DNA of 63,898 nt, the filler included, from Bigelowiella natans CCMP2755 (lineage: Eukaryota > Protista > Cercozoa): NCBI GenBank assembly GCA_000320545.1. It is 5 parts of 5 records of this genome, joined end to end, with 100 filler letters (N's around TTAATTAATTAA, not from the genome) between each part and the next. Parts side by side here need not be neighbours in the genome. Positions count along the whole stretch, not along the records: positions 15,840 to 28,318 come from ADNK01001828.1; positions 28,419 to 48,499 come from ADNK01000504.1; 3 more parts are not named here. One strand, written 5' to 3'. The notes beneath the pieces were generated by a model. The model was given only the letters and a program-made list of their open reading frames with translations. It ran no database searches and was not told the DNA's origin. The position numbers and the translations under genes are program-made. Positions 27,395 through 39,255 of the stretch are shown piece by piece; the first letter of the stretch is position 1, and each line of letters opens with the position of its first letter.

Positions 27395-28318
27395 CTACTT
27401 TTTTACTGCCATGACTACTGCTGCTGCTACTCTTAGGTTGCTCTTCGATGTGCTGCTGCGACCTCTTTACCTCCACGATGTCTCTCTGGCTCAGGTAGTA
27501 CCAACACATCCACCATACTATGTAGGAGGACGGCATTATTTCCTAAATCTGTTTTCACTACTTTCTGCTATGATACACGAGTGCGCGCGCGCGCGGAAGA
27601 AGAACAAGAAGAAGAAGAAGAAGGGGGAAGAGGAGGAGGAGGAATCGAGCCTAGATCCCAATTCAATGTCACATCGGCGGTGTGTGAATGCTTTTCTGCT
27701 CGGCTTTTGACATTTTGGGTTGATTTCCCAGATCTGTCCCGAAATCATGGCGGATATCCAGCTGCCAACGTAACAACAACAACAACAACAAGAACAAGAA
27801 CAATAATAATAGTAACAATAATAACAACAACATCAACGACGACGACGACGAAGACGGGGTCATCTATACATCGGCACGGGAAGTAAACACGAAACTAGAA
27901 AACAGAGGAAGGAATCTTGTGCGCACTTCTAAGCCTGGCCGTGTGCGAACCAATGTACATTCTGCTACTACTTTCCACTACTACTACGTTCCAATAAGAA
28001 TGATATGGTTGATCGATCGATCGATCGATGATGATGACGACGACGACGACGACGCAGGTTTCTGTCCTTAAACCGGTTGCACTTCTCGCCTGATCCAGGA
28101 ATTCAGTTTGAAGTGCAACAGAATCCCTTCATCTTTCTCGGTAGTTCCTCCTAGTAGTAGTAGCAGAGTAGGGAGGGGGGGGGGGGGGGGGAACGTGGAG
28201 ATGTGTATCATCAAACTATTGAATCTCGCCATTGCATTGCTGGCGCAAAACTGGAGCTGCTGCTGCTGCTGCTGCTGCTGCTGCCCGCTGTCGTAACGAG
28301 CGGCTGCCTTTGGATGAT
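25630..28318 (+). CDS. Scattered exons of an unidentified gene with microsatellite-rich introns (partial)
   Basis: AG/GT-flanked open segments such as GSLYTPGPPYPSKGAISLKEVPRIRAGDMISLEAIFEHGGP, LLFDVLLRPLYLHDVSLAQ and ICPEIMADIQLP. Confidence 0.3.
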
Positions 28319-28418
28319 NNNNNNNNNNNNNNNNNNNNNNNNNNNNNNNNNNNNNNNNNNNNTTAATTAATTAANNNNNNNNNNNNNNNNNNNNNNNNNN
28401 NNNNNNNNNNNNNNNNNN
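28319..28418. other. Artificial assembly spacer
   Basis: N44-TTAATTAATTAA-N44. Confidence 0.97.
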
Positions 28419-28474
28419 CACACAGTATTTCTGGTATCATCATTTGTAGGTAGTATCTTTTTGAGTACAAACAC

Positions 28475-28510
<36 letters not shown>

Positions 28511-28558
28511 ACATACACACACATACACACGCTGCATGTTTATTATCCAACATAACAG

Positions 28559-29256
28559 GGTCGCGTATTTAGTCGAGTACCGTTCCCTCACCCGTCAGCA
28601 CCATCAGGAGCAGAATCAGCAGCAGCATCAGTGTGAGGAGGAGGAGGAGGAGGAGGAGGAGGAGGAGGAGACCAGACATACAGCTGATGGGTCGAAACAG
28701 CATCAACGCGATGATGATGACACTACTGCTGAAAATGACGTCGCCAATAGCGTAGTCCATAACGACGGTATCTTGAAGAAAGAAGCATCAAGATTTGAGA
28801 AAGAGAAGAGTGGGGAGATAGCCTATGATGATGATGATACTCATGAGAAGGAGGAGGGGGGGGGGCGGAGAGACAATTGTCAATTCAATGGAGAAACAGT
28901 AATAGCAGAAGAAGCAACAGTAAGAGAAGTAAAAGCTCAGTTGATGTCGACTGGTGGCAAAGTAGTAAATGGGGAAAAGAAACAACGCAAAAGCCGGCAA
29001 TTCAAAAAGGTGGTGTTAAATCTCTTGTATCCTCATTGTGCATATGGTCACTCGTTAACAGTCTCATCGTCGTCATCAGCAGCGACAGTAGAGTTGTAAA
29101 CTTCATCTTTTTGTTGATGATCAGCTGCCTTTGAACTGTGTAAAAAGAATAGTTGAGATGATTAACAGTGTTTTTGGTGTGTTTCTCACTACACACAGGG
29201 CAATTATTTTCTCGCCAACGCTGGAATGCAAACATTGACTGAATGATTCAGGTGGA
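28559..29256 (+). CDS. 3' exons of an acidic low-complexity hypothetical protein (partial)
   Basis: ORF 28461-29099 carries a poly-E, charged region. A probable last exon reads GNYFLANAGMQTLTE*. Confidence 0.35.
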
Positions 29257-30169
29257 GTGGAAGCGCAAGCATTGAACAACTGGAGCTACATGAGATATGG
29301 ATGCTCATGCAGATCCCTTCAGCACACTATGATATCTGCATATGGTAGTGATGCGGTTCTGGCCTGGCGTGACGTCATATTCATGTTGCACGTGTGTGCT
29401 GACAGGCCATAGGCAGATCTATAGAGGGTATGCATGCGAGCGAGCGCGCGACTACGAGCCATTGATAAGATTGAAGATAACAACGCTAGTGTTTCTTGTA
29501 ATTCATTGCATCATTCATGATTGCTGTTTTTTAGCTGTGCACTGTTAGACTGCATGCTAGCATGTGCGATCGGATAAGGTTAGAACGGTGTATCTATGAA
29601 TAAAGTATGACCTAAATGTGATCCGCATTTCGTTGTAGTTCTACGTAGGATCTATCTACCGCATGCATGCTAGCATGTGTGCATGCATTGCCAAAATTTG
29701 TTCATTTCTTTTAGCTGCGAACGCACGATACGGGCGAGTGCTATGTCGCATTCCAGCATTCTGGCATTGCATGCTAGCATGCAAATCAAAATCATGTTGC
29801 ATGGCATTATATGCATCTAGACGATGCGTACAACATGACATGATGATGACTGTATTTGAGGTCTGATTGCAGTAGCATCACACCAGCTATGACGCTGATG
29901 CATAATTATAATAAATGAGTTTGGCTCATGGTGCCCCCCGCTCAACTTTCATCATCGATCATAACATGCTACATACATGCAAGCATTAGCCAGTTTGTAG
30001 CTAACTAGCTAAGTGCTGGCAAAATGTAACTTTCGTATTTTTTATTGGACTCTCTGCGGTTTTATTCGAGGGCAAACATTAGCAAGAAGATGACAGAAAA
30101 CAGAAACACCCTACCTTTATTGTAATCCATGAAAACTATTTTTTTCGTAATGCTAGTTGATTTATTTTG

Positions 30170-31624
30170 CTATGATTTAGAAATATGAATGATATCCTCG
30201 ATCAGATCCGTTATTCCAGCTCCAGTCCTTGAACTCAACATATGTATGTCTGGTATCGATCCTGCTCATTTACAACTATTGTTATCGTTAATTCTTAGGT
30301 GGAGAAAATACTTTCAACCTGGAAGAGAATTGACAATGGATTTGACTCGTTGATACTGTCTTGCAAGGTCTTCAGCCTATTATATTAGACATGATTTAAT
30401 AGATATATCATAACCGATTAAAAATACAACACTGGGTATCAATAATTAGAAATATGGATGAAGAAACCTTTACAACAAGATCAGCCTTGTTCAATAGAAC
30501 CTAACGTTAGCGTATCATAGACGTATGGTGAATGGACTATGTTGCAACATAAAATCATATAATGTTCTCTGATTCATTTATACCTGAAACTTTACCACAC
30601 CTAATTGTGATAGTTCTCGCATGAACTCGACATCTTTATCCAACGCTCCTGATTGATCGTCATGTGGTTACAGCGTATCTCGCACACCTTCATCTCATCT
30701 TCTATTCTGGTCATCTTACCATGTCTTGCATCCAGCACAACATAAACACGTTTTAGGTTTTGCCGCTGCATGTCAAGGAGAGGGAGGAGATTATTTGTAA
30801 AACAGGTGAAAGAATGATATATACATAAGTCACAGCGATAGGAGAGAAGATAGAATACGACAAGAATGCTATGAAACCACATCATATGTTTTCGAATGGA
30901 GATGACCCTAGAAATAATGCTCTACGAAGGAATATTGTGGAAGGTTTATGTTGAATTAGGCTGCTGTCCTTGATTGGCTGATGAGACACCACACCTTAGA
31001 AAAGTAGCTGCGTGATAACGCTATCCAGGACTTGATTTTCTCATCTTTGGCGAAGGCAAAACCATACCTGAGCAATTTTAAGAAATGCTTAAAGAGAGAT
31101 TCGAGATTATTACTAACTTGTTAGAAAAAATAGTAACACCCTGGTAGATCCACGAGTGAAAGTTCTTCGCGAAGACGATAAAAGTTTAAACTCTGGGTCA
31201 AACCCGGCCTTTAAGATATAAAATAACAATACTTACATAAAGTCGTATGTTTTCAGTCGTAAACTTCTCATCACAATCATTTTCAATGTCATCGTCGCAG
31301 CTATTACGTATTTGAGCTCCTCACTATTGTGGTCAGTCCTAAAATATGATGAAATCATCGTGAATGTTAGTAAAAATGAAGCTGGATATCGATCAGTTGT
31401 TAACACACCTTGGACTTTACTACTACTGCTACTGCTACCAATACTATCATCACAATATAGTACCACCACCACCACCACCACCTATTGCGTTAAGAAGACT
31501 GGATTTGCCAACATTACTCCTCCCTGCAAAAGCCACCTGATTGATATCACTATTTAGCAGCGTTATCAGCACTATTCATCCCTAATCAGTGAAATACCAT
31601 TCTTCTACCCCCAGGCTACTATTG

Positions 31625-31658
<34 letters not shown>

Positions 31659-32800
31659 AAGCTACTTACCTCTGGGATGTCAAGTTCTGGTATCATCTGT
31701 TCGGTATGAGCCGACATTACAAACCTTATTTTCGTTTTCCTGAGAGGTAAGGATACATGTCGGTATCGTCATTCAAATCATAACACTTTGGCCATGACAT
31801 TCGTTCTTGCATTATATTGAGATAGTTATCGTGTATGTGTACCCCCTCCTTCCAAGGAAGTTCTTAGTCGTTTCATCAAGAGGTCCATATTGTGAATATC
31901 GGTTCAAAAGCGAGAACTTGGTATCAAAGCTTTCAGCCTCTGCAGCTCTAGCTTCATCTTCACCTCCACGCCTGAATTTTATATTTCCTGTGGTAGTTTG
32001 GCGTTTCCTGCTAAGCTCGCCTGCTCTATTTATTAATTTGCCTCCTCCTCGTTGAACAGCGGCTGCATTCTTGGATAGTCGTTTGTTCGCACGAGCAGGT
32101 GCACAGAGTTTTTTCCTTCTAATAGTATCAAGTACTTTCGGATCTATTGGTATCCTCCTTAGTTCAGCACGTCGATTTGTTGACGAGGAGGAGGACGCTT
32201 CTGTACTCGCTTGGTTATCCTTATTGTTTTCTCCTTTAAGGTGACGATTTCCTCCTCCCTTGCTTGATTCCAGTAAGCCACCTGAATCATCATTTCCAAC
32301 GCTCTAGTTCAGGAAGAGAATAATCCTCATCATCACCATTATTTTTAGACGTCAATAGAAACCATGTATTCTGGTCTTGGCATTCTTCCTCTTAGAGGTA
32401 CCGCCACGAGCACTACTATCACCACCACCACGCTGTGACATCATCGGTTGTGATAGCCATCTTTGTATCCCGCCTTAGTTATGTGTTAGATATGACGACA
32501 ATGTCTATAAGTCAACATGAAACTGATACCTTTGTATCGATCGAATGGTTTCCTCACTAACATATATCTGGTTGTGCAACTTTTTGCCACCATTCCGTCC
32601 TGAACAGACAAAGGTTGATACGAGCTTAGCTTCCAACAAATGAAATCAGCAAACCCCTACACTTGAGAAGCGAATCAAAGAAGTAAGAGCAATCGCCAGA
32701 ATAGCCGTAGAAATTTTGAACGAGAAATAGCCATCTTCAAGCATCAATTTCGTGATCCGAGTTTCCTGAGCAAAGTTGGCGTAGGGTACTCAGAGGGGGA
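30170..32800 (-). CDS. EngB/YihA/YsxC-family ribosome-biogenesis GTPase, probably organellar (5' end approximate)
   Basis: Spliced motifs: LDIPE|VAFAGRSNVGKSSLLNAI (G1), PGLTQSLNFY (G2), LVDLPG|YGFAFA (G3), VYVVLDARHG, LLNKADL (G4) and MLSSRTGAGI (G5). Stop codon at 30170-30172. Confidence 0.88.
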
Positions 32801-33249
32801 AGGAAAGGCCCATGTGCTCCACGTGTTCTCAGCGATCTCCTCAATTCTCCAAATTGGCAGGTAAGTTTCGAAGAGCGACAACGAATGTTAGACAAGAAAC
32901 CTGTCCAAATGGATCATCCTACCTTATATTTAGCGCTTGTAATTTGGACCGAACGACAACATGATTCCTTCGTTTTGATGATGAGAAGGCGATCCACATG
33001 AACAAAAAATACACGTATTGAAGTACTCTCTTGCACAACGGCCCTCTATCACATTCAAAAAAGATGCCATTTTGTGTGGAAAATGTAGTATTAATCTTTG
33101 TCGCACCGACATAATTCCAGGCCTCTCCAGGAGCGGAATCTGATCTCCACGTGTGCTCATAAATTTCAACAGACACTTGGCCTTGCTTGGAGTGTGAATT
33201 CAAACTAAGAAGGTACTGGTAGGCTGTGGTCACCAGATTTGTTCTTAGG

Positions 33250-34189
33250 ATGGACGATGCAATGATGGATATGTGGGGCTCTTCTGGTTCACCCTCTCCC
33301 CCTCAAGTCCAACAAAAGAAAAAGAAGAAGAAAAAGAAAAAATTCAGCCGAACGCTTATTCGCTACCCAAGATCTAAACTTCGAGCGAAGAAAAAAACTG
33401 TTGGGTTGATGGGCCAGACTCATCCCATTCAGGAGGGAAACTGCAAAAAACGTGTCGTTTTTGGAGAGCGAACCGATTTGTTGAATGAAAAGAAAAGAGG
33501 TTCACGAGGTGGCTTCTTTGCAAAGAGTTCTCAGAAGAGAACTCCAGTACAGTCTCGAATGAAGGACCGAATAAAAACACCATCACCTCCACAATGCCCT
33601 CCACCGCCTGCGCCAATAGTAGCATCTCGAGAACAGGTATCTAGGTTTTCCCGATATATTTGGCGTCCATGTGAACCTCACCATTATTTGCTTCGTTCAG
33701 AAAATCTCAAGGGAGAATTCGAATGAAGTTATCACGCTTGCAATACCGGTAGAGATGCCACCCAAGCGATCTTCTTCTGGGCGACGGCATGTCGTTCAAA
33801 TTTACAAGAAAGGTGAGGTTAAAGTTTGAAGTTGAGGTGAGAAACAAGTGTCCTTTGACGACGATCATTTCTCAAAATCTTCAGCTCTAACTTCAACAAA
33901 GCTCAAAGGGCGCATTGGAGACAGCTTAGATATTGAAGCCAATGTTAGCAATTTGAAATTAAAAAAACATGATGAGCAGAATTATTTAACATCATCTAGA
34001 TCCTGGTATGTTTCATGGTGCTGCATTCCAGACCCCAGTGTTGCATCTAATTTGGACACAATTGATCCCACATCGACTGATCAAGAAGATCATTCGAGCA
34101 AGGTAATGATCGCAGAGCCAGTTTCAGACGAATACATGATATTACCATCTAAATCCAAAATGACATACGGAGCTATTTTGCGGCGATGA
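33250..34189 (+). CDS. Hypothetical basic/low-complexity protein
   Basis: ORFs 33226-33726 (poly-K, KRVVFGERT, Pro-rich) and 33848-34189 are probably joined by short introns. No recognised domain. Confidence 0.35.
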
Positions 34190-34904
34190 GTCAGAATTAA
34201 TCATTGCATTGTACTAGTGTAATGCAGTTGTAAATTCATCATTGTACATTTCCATTTTTCAATCCCATTTCAAAGCCTTCATGATCGTTACTTGTGTGCA
34301 ATGCGCGTGTGATTACTGACTTGTGTCGCACTAATATATTTTAGTTGAGCAAAACAAGCCGCGCAACATGTGCCATGCCATTGTTCAGTACCAGCTGCAT
34401 GCAGTAGATGTGGCTACGTACCCCCAAAAATTGTTCATTTCGACAAACTACATCGCCTCGTCATAGCATCAGCGCATAGCTAGAAGCCTGAGCATTTTCT
34501 TGGCGCAATGACCATGCAGAACAATGAATTTGATTCTGCGACGATATAGCTTAGCCCGCGCACAACATTTAATTTTATCTTTAAATTTATCAAAATCTTG
34601 TAAAAATGTAAAGTTCATGAAATCCATCTGAATTACAGAGCGCTCCAGTAAAAGCATGCCTCGTGATGTAATCCCTTTACAAGTATTTTTTAATATTTAC
34701 AAGAATTTATTTCAATATTAATATTCACTTATACAGAAATTCTAACTAGAAATCTCTTAATATTAAAGCAAGGCGATTAAGTATATTCATTCCAAAAAAT
34801 CAACTCTATTTCAGCTGTAAGCCGATACTATGCTGTATCTCGCCCAAGGACCCTAATATTTTAAGGAGATTCTGTATTTGGTAAATTTGGCTCAGCCATC
34901 CAGG

Positions 34905-36467
34905 TCATTTGTCATAAAGATCGTCGTATCGTGACTGATGGCGTGTACGAAGGTGTCTCTTCAAATTAGATTTTTGGGTGAAGGATTTCTGACATTTAAT
35001 GCACTCGAAAGGTTTTTCTCCAGTATGTACACGAACATGGGCGACGATATTGCTCCTCTGGGTCCAAATTGTATTGCAATAGTTGCATTCGAACGCCCTT
35101 GTTCCTGGTTTTTTCTTAATACCCCTCAACTTTGGACTGTCGTGTGGTAAAATTGTAAAGCCATGCCTCGTTCCGTACCGTCGACGAGGTTGGGTTTGGG
35201 TTGCTTCCGAAGAAATTGAGTGAGCAGGAGAATTTTCATTGCTCTTGTCGCTATTACAATCTTCCCTGTCTCCAAGACGATGGCTCTTTATGTAGACGCT
35301 GGACGGATTTTTGCTTATATTAGGGGAGCTCGATTTCAGGTTTATGTAAGATTCCAGTCTTTTTACACGTGATGGACTGAAGCTGAAAGTTGTATCATCA
35401 GATGATGATCGGGATGATCGGAAATTGGGAGTCTTAGGACAGCGATTTGATAAGTTGGATATGGACACATTTGGCTCTGAGAAGCGTCTTTCAACACGGG
35501 TCTTCTTCCGCTCTGGAGTACCTTCTAGAGCCTCCCTAGATCGCCTTTTGGGAGAGCTACTTGGAGAATAATTTAGGGGAGGTTGTTGAAGCAGGTCTGC
35601 AGCAGAATCCTTTCTAGATTTCGTTGCCAGAGCTTCTTTCCTTCTGTGTTTTTTGGTTTCACTGTAGTGGGTGTTTTTCTTCTTATGAAGCATAGGACTG
35701 AGGGAAGCTGCCTTCTTTCTACCGTAATGATGCGAACTGTTGGAACGTCGAATAGCAGCTATTGCGTCGTCATTAAAGCATGGTGAATGGGAGGAGGGCA
35801 ACTTTGCCGACCTCGAGGATGGAGAAGAGGGAATATGAAGCTTGGTGGGTCTACGCCGCGGGTACTTAAGCAAAACTGATGATCGCGTTTCGTGAGCTGG
35901 GGGACTCTTGCGAACGTTGAGAGTTCTGTTCGGAAGGTGTAGTTTGTGTGCACTATCTACAGGAGGGAGTACAAAGCCACGTCTGAAATCGTCTATGGAA
36001 TGAGATCCAATTTTGATTTCGCCGAGGTTACGGGTTAATGTTATGGAAACAGGCGAGTCTGTCGCTGTTGATTCAGGGGTGGAACCAGTAGCGCCGATGG
36101 TGCCTTGAATTTCATTATTGAGGAAAGGGGATCCACCATGCTCCGTCGCCTCATCCTCTTCCTTGCTTCTGGACAAGGAGTCCTCGTTCTTGACATCAGA
36201 AGAAATAGGATTCAAGTCAACAAGAAAATTATCTTTTAGCTCTATCTCCAGTGGACTCAATGATGTCCAGATTCCGTCATTATGGATCCGTCGTTGCCTT
36301 GTCTCTTCAAACGGTGTAGTACTATCCTCCATCATCGTCGTCAAATTCAACTCCATCCTTTCTCGTGTACGAAGGGTGAGGGATGGATTTTGATAACTAG
36401 CTGCCTCGATTCGTGACTCTCTTTCAAGCCGGCATATTAGGGTTGATTGCAAGTTATTGATAAACAA
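34905..36467 (-). CDS. C2H2 zinc-finger transcription factor (two C-terminal fingers)
   Basis: 520-aa uninterrupted ORF ending CNYCNTIWTQRSNIVAHVRVH-TGEKPFE-CIKCQKSFTQKSNLKRHLRTRH, with a Kruppel-type linker. The true start may be the ATG near 36356. Confidence 0.9.
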   Translation of the reverse strand: MFINNLQSTLICRLERESRIEAASYQNPSLTLRTRERMELNLTTMMEDSTTPFEETRQRRIHNDGIWTSLSPLEIELKDNFLVDLNPISSDVKNEDSLSRSKEEDEATEHGGSPFLNNEIQGTIGATGSTPESTATDSPVSITLTRNLGEIKIGSHSIDDFRRGFVLPPVDSAHKLHLPNRTLNVRKSPPAHETRSSVLLKYPRRRPTKLHIPSSPSSRSAKLPSSHSPCFNDDAIAAIRRSNSSHHYGRKKAASLSPMLHKKKNTHYSETKKHRRKEALATKSRKDSAADLLQQPPLNYSPSSSPKRRSREALEGTPERKKTRVERRFSEPNVSISNLSNRCPKTPNFRSSRSSSDDTTFSFSPSRVKRLESYINLKSSSPNISKNPSSVYIKSHRLGDREDCNSDKSNENSPAHSISSEATQTQPRRRYGTRHGFTILPHDSPKLRGIKKKPGTRAFECNYCNTIWTQRSNIVAHVRVHTGEKPFECIKCQKSFTQKSNLKRHLRTRHQSRYDDLYDK

Positions 36468-37506
36468 CTGCGTGCAGAAATAACCCCTTTCTCTTTCCTT
36501 CCTATCCGAACCAAAATACTAGTTCAACATCTACATCCCCCAAGAGAAAAGTACACATGGGCTACCACCAAAATAGAGCACTTTGCGGCTGTCATTAAAG
36601 TGTGACAATGTAACTACGCGATAACCATCACAGATCGGCCTCATGTTTGAATTGTTGGAACAAGATGTACACCTGCGACATGAAATGGAGGCGTCAAGGA
36701 AGGTGGTCCCTTGAGTCATATTTCCTGAAACAACATGCAATTCATTCTTTATGCAACTATCCCGGGGATTGTGAAACGAACAGTCACGAAATTTGCACAA
36801 TTAGAACTGAAATGTCTCGTTGGAGCAAAAACAAAGGATGCAAACACGTGCTGGATCGCCTAATCACTTACGGTTTGGTATTCCAAAAACGGTGTTTTCA
36901 GTTTGGAAGGATGACCTTTGTTCCAAGTATTCAATATTTCTTGACAAAATAGCCTCGTTTTACATTTTCAGAACTCTCTCAGACGCTTGTTGGAAAATAC
37001 CCTATTTTTGGATTGAGATAGTGCCGCGGTCATTTTGGGCAAGTTGATCTAATTTGTTGTCTTCCGCAAGAGCCATTTGCTGCACGGATGTGTGATATGG
37101 GCATCACAATTTCTAAAACCAATCTGAATTTGTCGGCCAAATAGATCCAAAAAAATAAGACTTTAATTTGCAAGTACAATCTCGATCGGGTGGCAAGACG
37201 TAACAAGTTTTAGCCATGCGAGGAGGAGTCAGGGCGTACAAAATTCCAAATTCGAGAATGAATTATGCAAAAGTTGTCTGTCGGAGTCTTACTACTGCAA
37301 CTTGAACAGCTCACCACTTCTCGAAAATTCTGAGAAAGGCACGATGAGCTCGTTGCGCTGCCTCAAAACCTTCAGTCGAAGCGACGTGGGCACCCACGAG
37401 GCACAGTGTGTTCTCTTGTGTCTGTGGTACCCACTCAATACACCCCATGCCATCCCAGAGAGTCACTCGAGTTGTTCCCAACGTGCAAACCTCAAGCTCT
37501 CCTCCC

Positions 37507-37832
37507 TGTAGCGCGTACCACTACGCGGGCACAAGTCACGTGCGACAACAAAGGGGTTGTCGCGGATATAGAATATAGATAACGTAGATATTAATACAGC
37601 ATAGGCACGTGGGTTCCGGCGGGACTCATGGCAGCACACCGGAAGTGTGCTGCCCCACGTGCGGCGGCATTCGCGAAAGCTTCGCGAATGATTACGCAGT
37701 GCACGATTTAATAAAAATATAATCTTTAATAAAAATAAACACAACTCTTCAAAAGGAAGCAAACGTGCCTTTCCCCCCCCCTGCCTACTTGTGCACGTAG
37801 CGCCTCGGCCTGTGAACACCTTACGCGCAACA
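37507..37832 (+). mobile_element. LTR-like repeat, copy 1 (326 bp, TG...CA)
   Basis: Identical by eye to 53257-53582. Termini TGTAGCGCGTA / TACGCGCAACA form a 10/11 inverted match. It has an internal TATA-like AT stretch and AATAAA motifs, and is followed by ACCTT-TGGC (PBS-like TGG). Confidence 0.75.
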
Positions 37833-38360
37833 ACCTTTGGCACGTTGCCCTTTGACTTCAGTGCCAATTGATCTCTCTTCGTCGGGCTTGTGCGTGTTGG
37901 AGGCTTGTCAGCGAGTCCCCCTGTGCACCTCCAGTCCTGGTGACACACCCTCCATCCTCCATTGTCGCTGTCGCTCTGCTCAGGTTCTTTTGCTTTGGAG
38001 TTGAACGAATCGTCACTGCCAATTGTCACTGCCAGACCAGCTGGCCAGATTGACCAGGTCAGTGAGCGTTGACAAGAGAGCACAATGCGACGAACCTTGT
38101 GAGCACTTTCTGGCTTTCACAGAAGTTCATGCATGTGCAGAACATCGTGTGGTTTGTCGTGACAGTCACAGTGCTGGAGTGCCAGAGTGGCTGCGACGCT
38201 GCACAAAGCAAGACGTTGCATTGTGGACCGAACACGATGAACTCAGCTTTGCGCCTGCTGCCACGTCCTTGCTTGCATGTGCCACCTGCTGCTTGCTCGC
38301 TGCGACAACCGCTCGCGCCCCCTGTGCAATCTCAACGTGGACACAGGCACGCACGCAACA

Positions 38361-38800
38361 CACAGCTCCGTCAAACCTGCAACGAATCGCCAGAACGTGC
38401 ACTTGGAGGCTTTTGCGCGCGACCAAGCGCGTTTTGTGATGTGATGGACATTGGATTTGCTCGCATTTCTTTGAAATTTTTCGTGCATGTCACACTTGCT
38501 AGCTTGCTAGCTTGGTCAAACACACGCGCAAAAGCATTCAAAGTGTGGCAGAGAACAAACGCGCAGCGTGCATCCTCCACACAACGGGTGTGAATTTTCA
38601 CACTTTGCGCGCTCACTGAGGCCTTGAAAATGGACATTTCTAGATTTGGGTCAACGTTTCGGTCATTTTTTGAGGTTTGGCCATCGGACAAGTTCTGATG
38701 ACTTTTCTTTGACCAACTGCAACTGCCTGCTGCTTCAAAGCGCGTCGCAAAGCGGTGCACTGTTCACAACCCCGTCGTTGCCGGGTTTGACGGAGCTGTG
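38361..38800. mobile_element. Non-autonomous TIR DNA transposon (MITE-like, about 440 bp)
   Basis: CACAGCTCCGTCAAACCtgcaacga at 38361-38385 and its near-perfect reverse complement tcgttgccgGGTTTGACGGAGCTGTG at 38775-38800. The outer 17 bp match perfectly, with weaker similarity extending about 70 bp. ACA flanks both sides. Confidence 0.7.
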
Positions 38801-39255
38801 ACAGCCAGCGCAGCGCACGTTGTTGGCAAACAAACGTGCAACTCACCACGAAATGAAGGCTCAAATGAAGTTGCTGCTCATGCGCTGCTGGTGCGCACTG
38901 TGCACAGCACGCGCACCCACGCAGCTCAGCTAGGCATGCCAGCATGGCTAGATGCACGTTGAGCTCATCATCACTGCTAGACTGGCAAATCACTTGTCAC
39001 ATCACTGGATCAATGTCCCAGTTTCCACATTGCCGCACGACGCATCGCTTGAGATCTCACTGGCTAGCTGGTGGTTGTTCAGTCTGTGGGTGTGCAACCG
39101 CAACATGCATTGCTAGATTGCTAGATTGTGCAACATGCTCAACGCGCAAAACAGTCTCAACATTGATGAAAATGTTGACAAGTCTGGAAGTTTAATAGCT
39201 TGTACGTCTAGCAAACAGCGTGCATGAAAATCCAGCTAGTGCTATGCAACTGTTC

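Noticed and set aside
29002-29235. RING-like WRENNCPVC on the minus strand
   Set aside because: The upstream Cys/His ligands are missing, and a plus-strand terminal exon explains the region better.
37463-38083. 206-aa and 227-aa (53165-53848) minus-strand ORFs sharing an identical peptide
   Set aside because: The shared part is just the antisense reading of the 326-bp repeat. Loss of TpA removes TAA/TAG stops and inflates ORF length in the flanks.
38023-39195. Many overlapping Cys/His/Ala-rich ORFs on both strands (also at 20859-21555)
   Set aside because: An expected by-product of TpA loss (few stop codons; Tyr codons become Cys/His). No recognisable domains.
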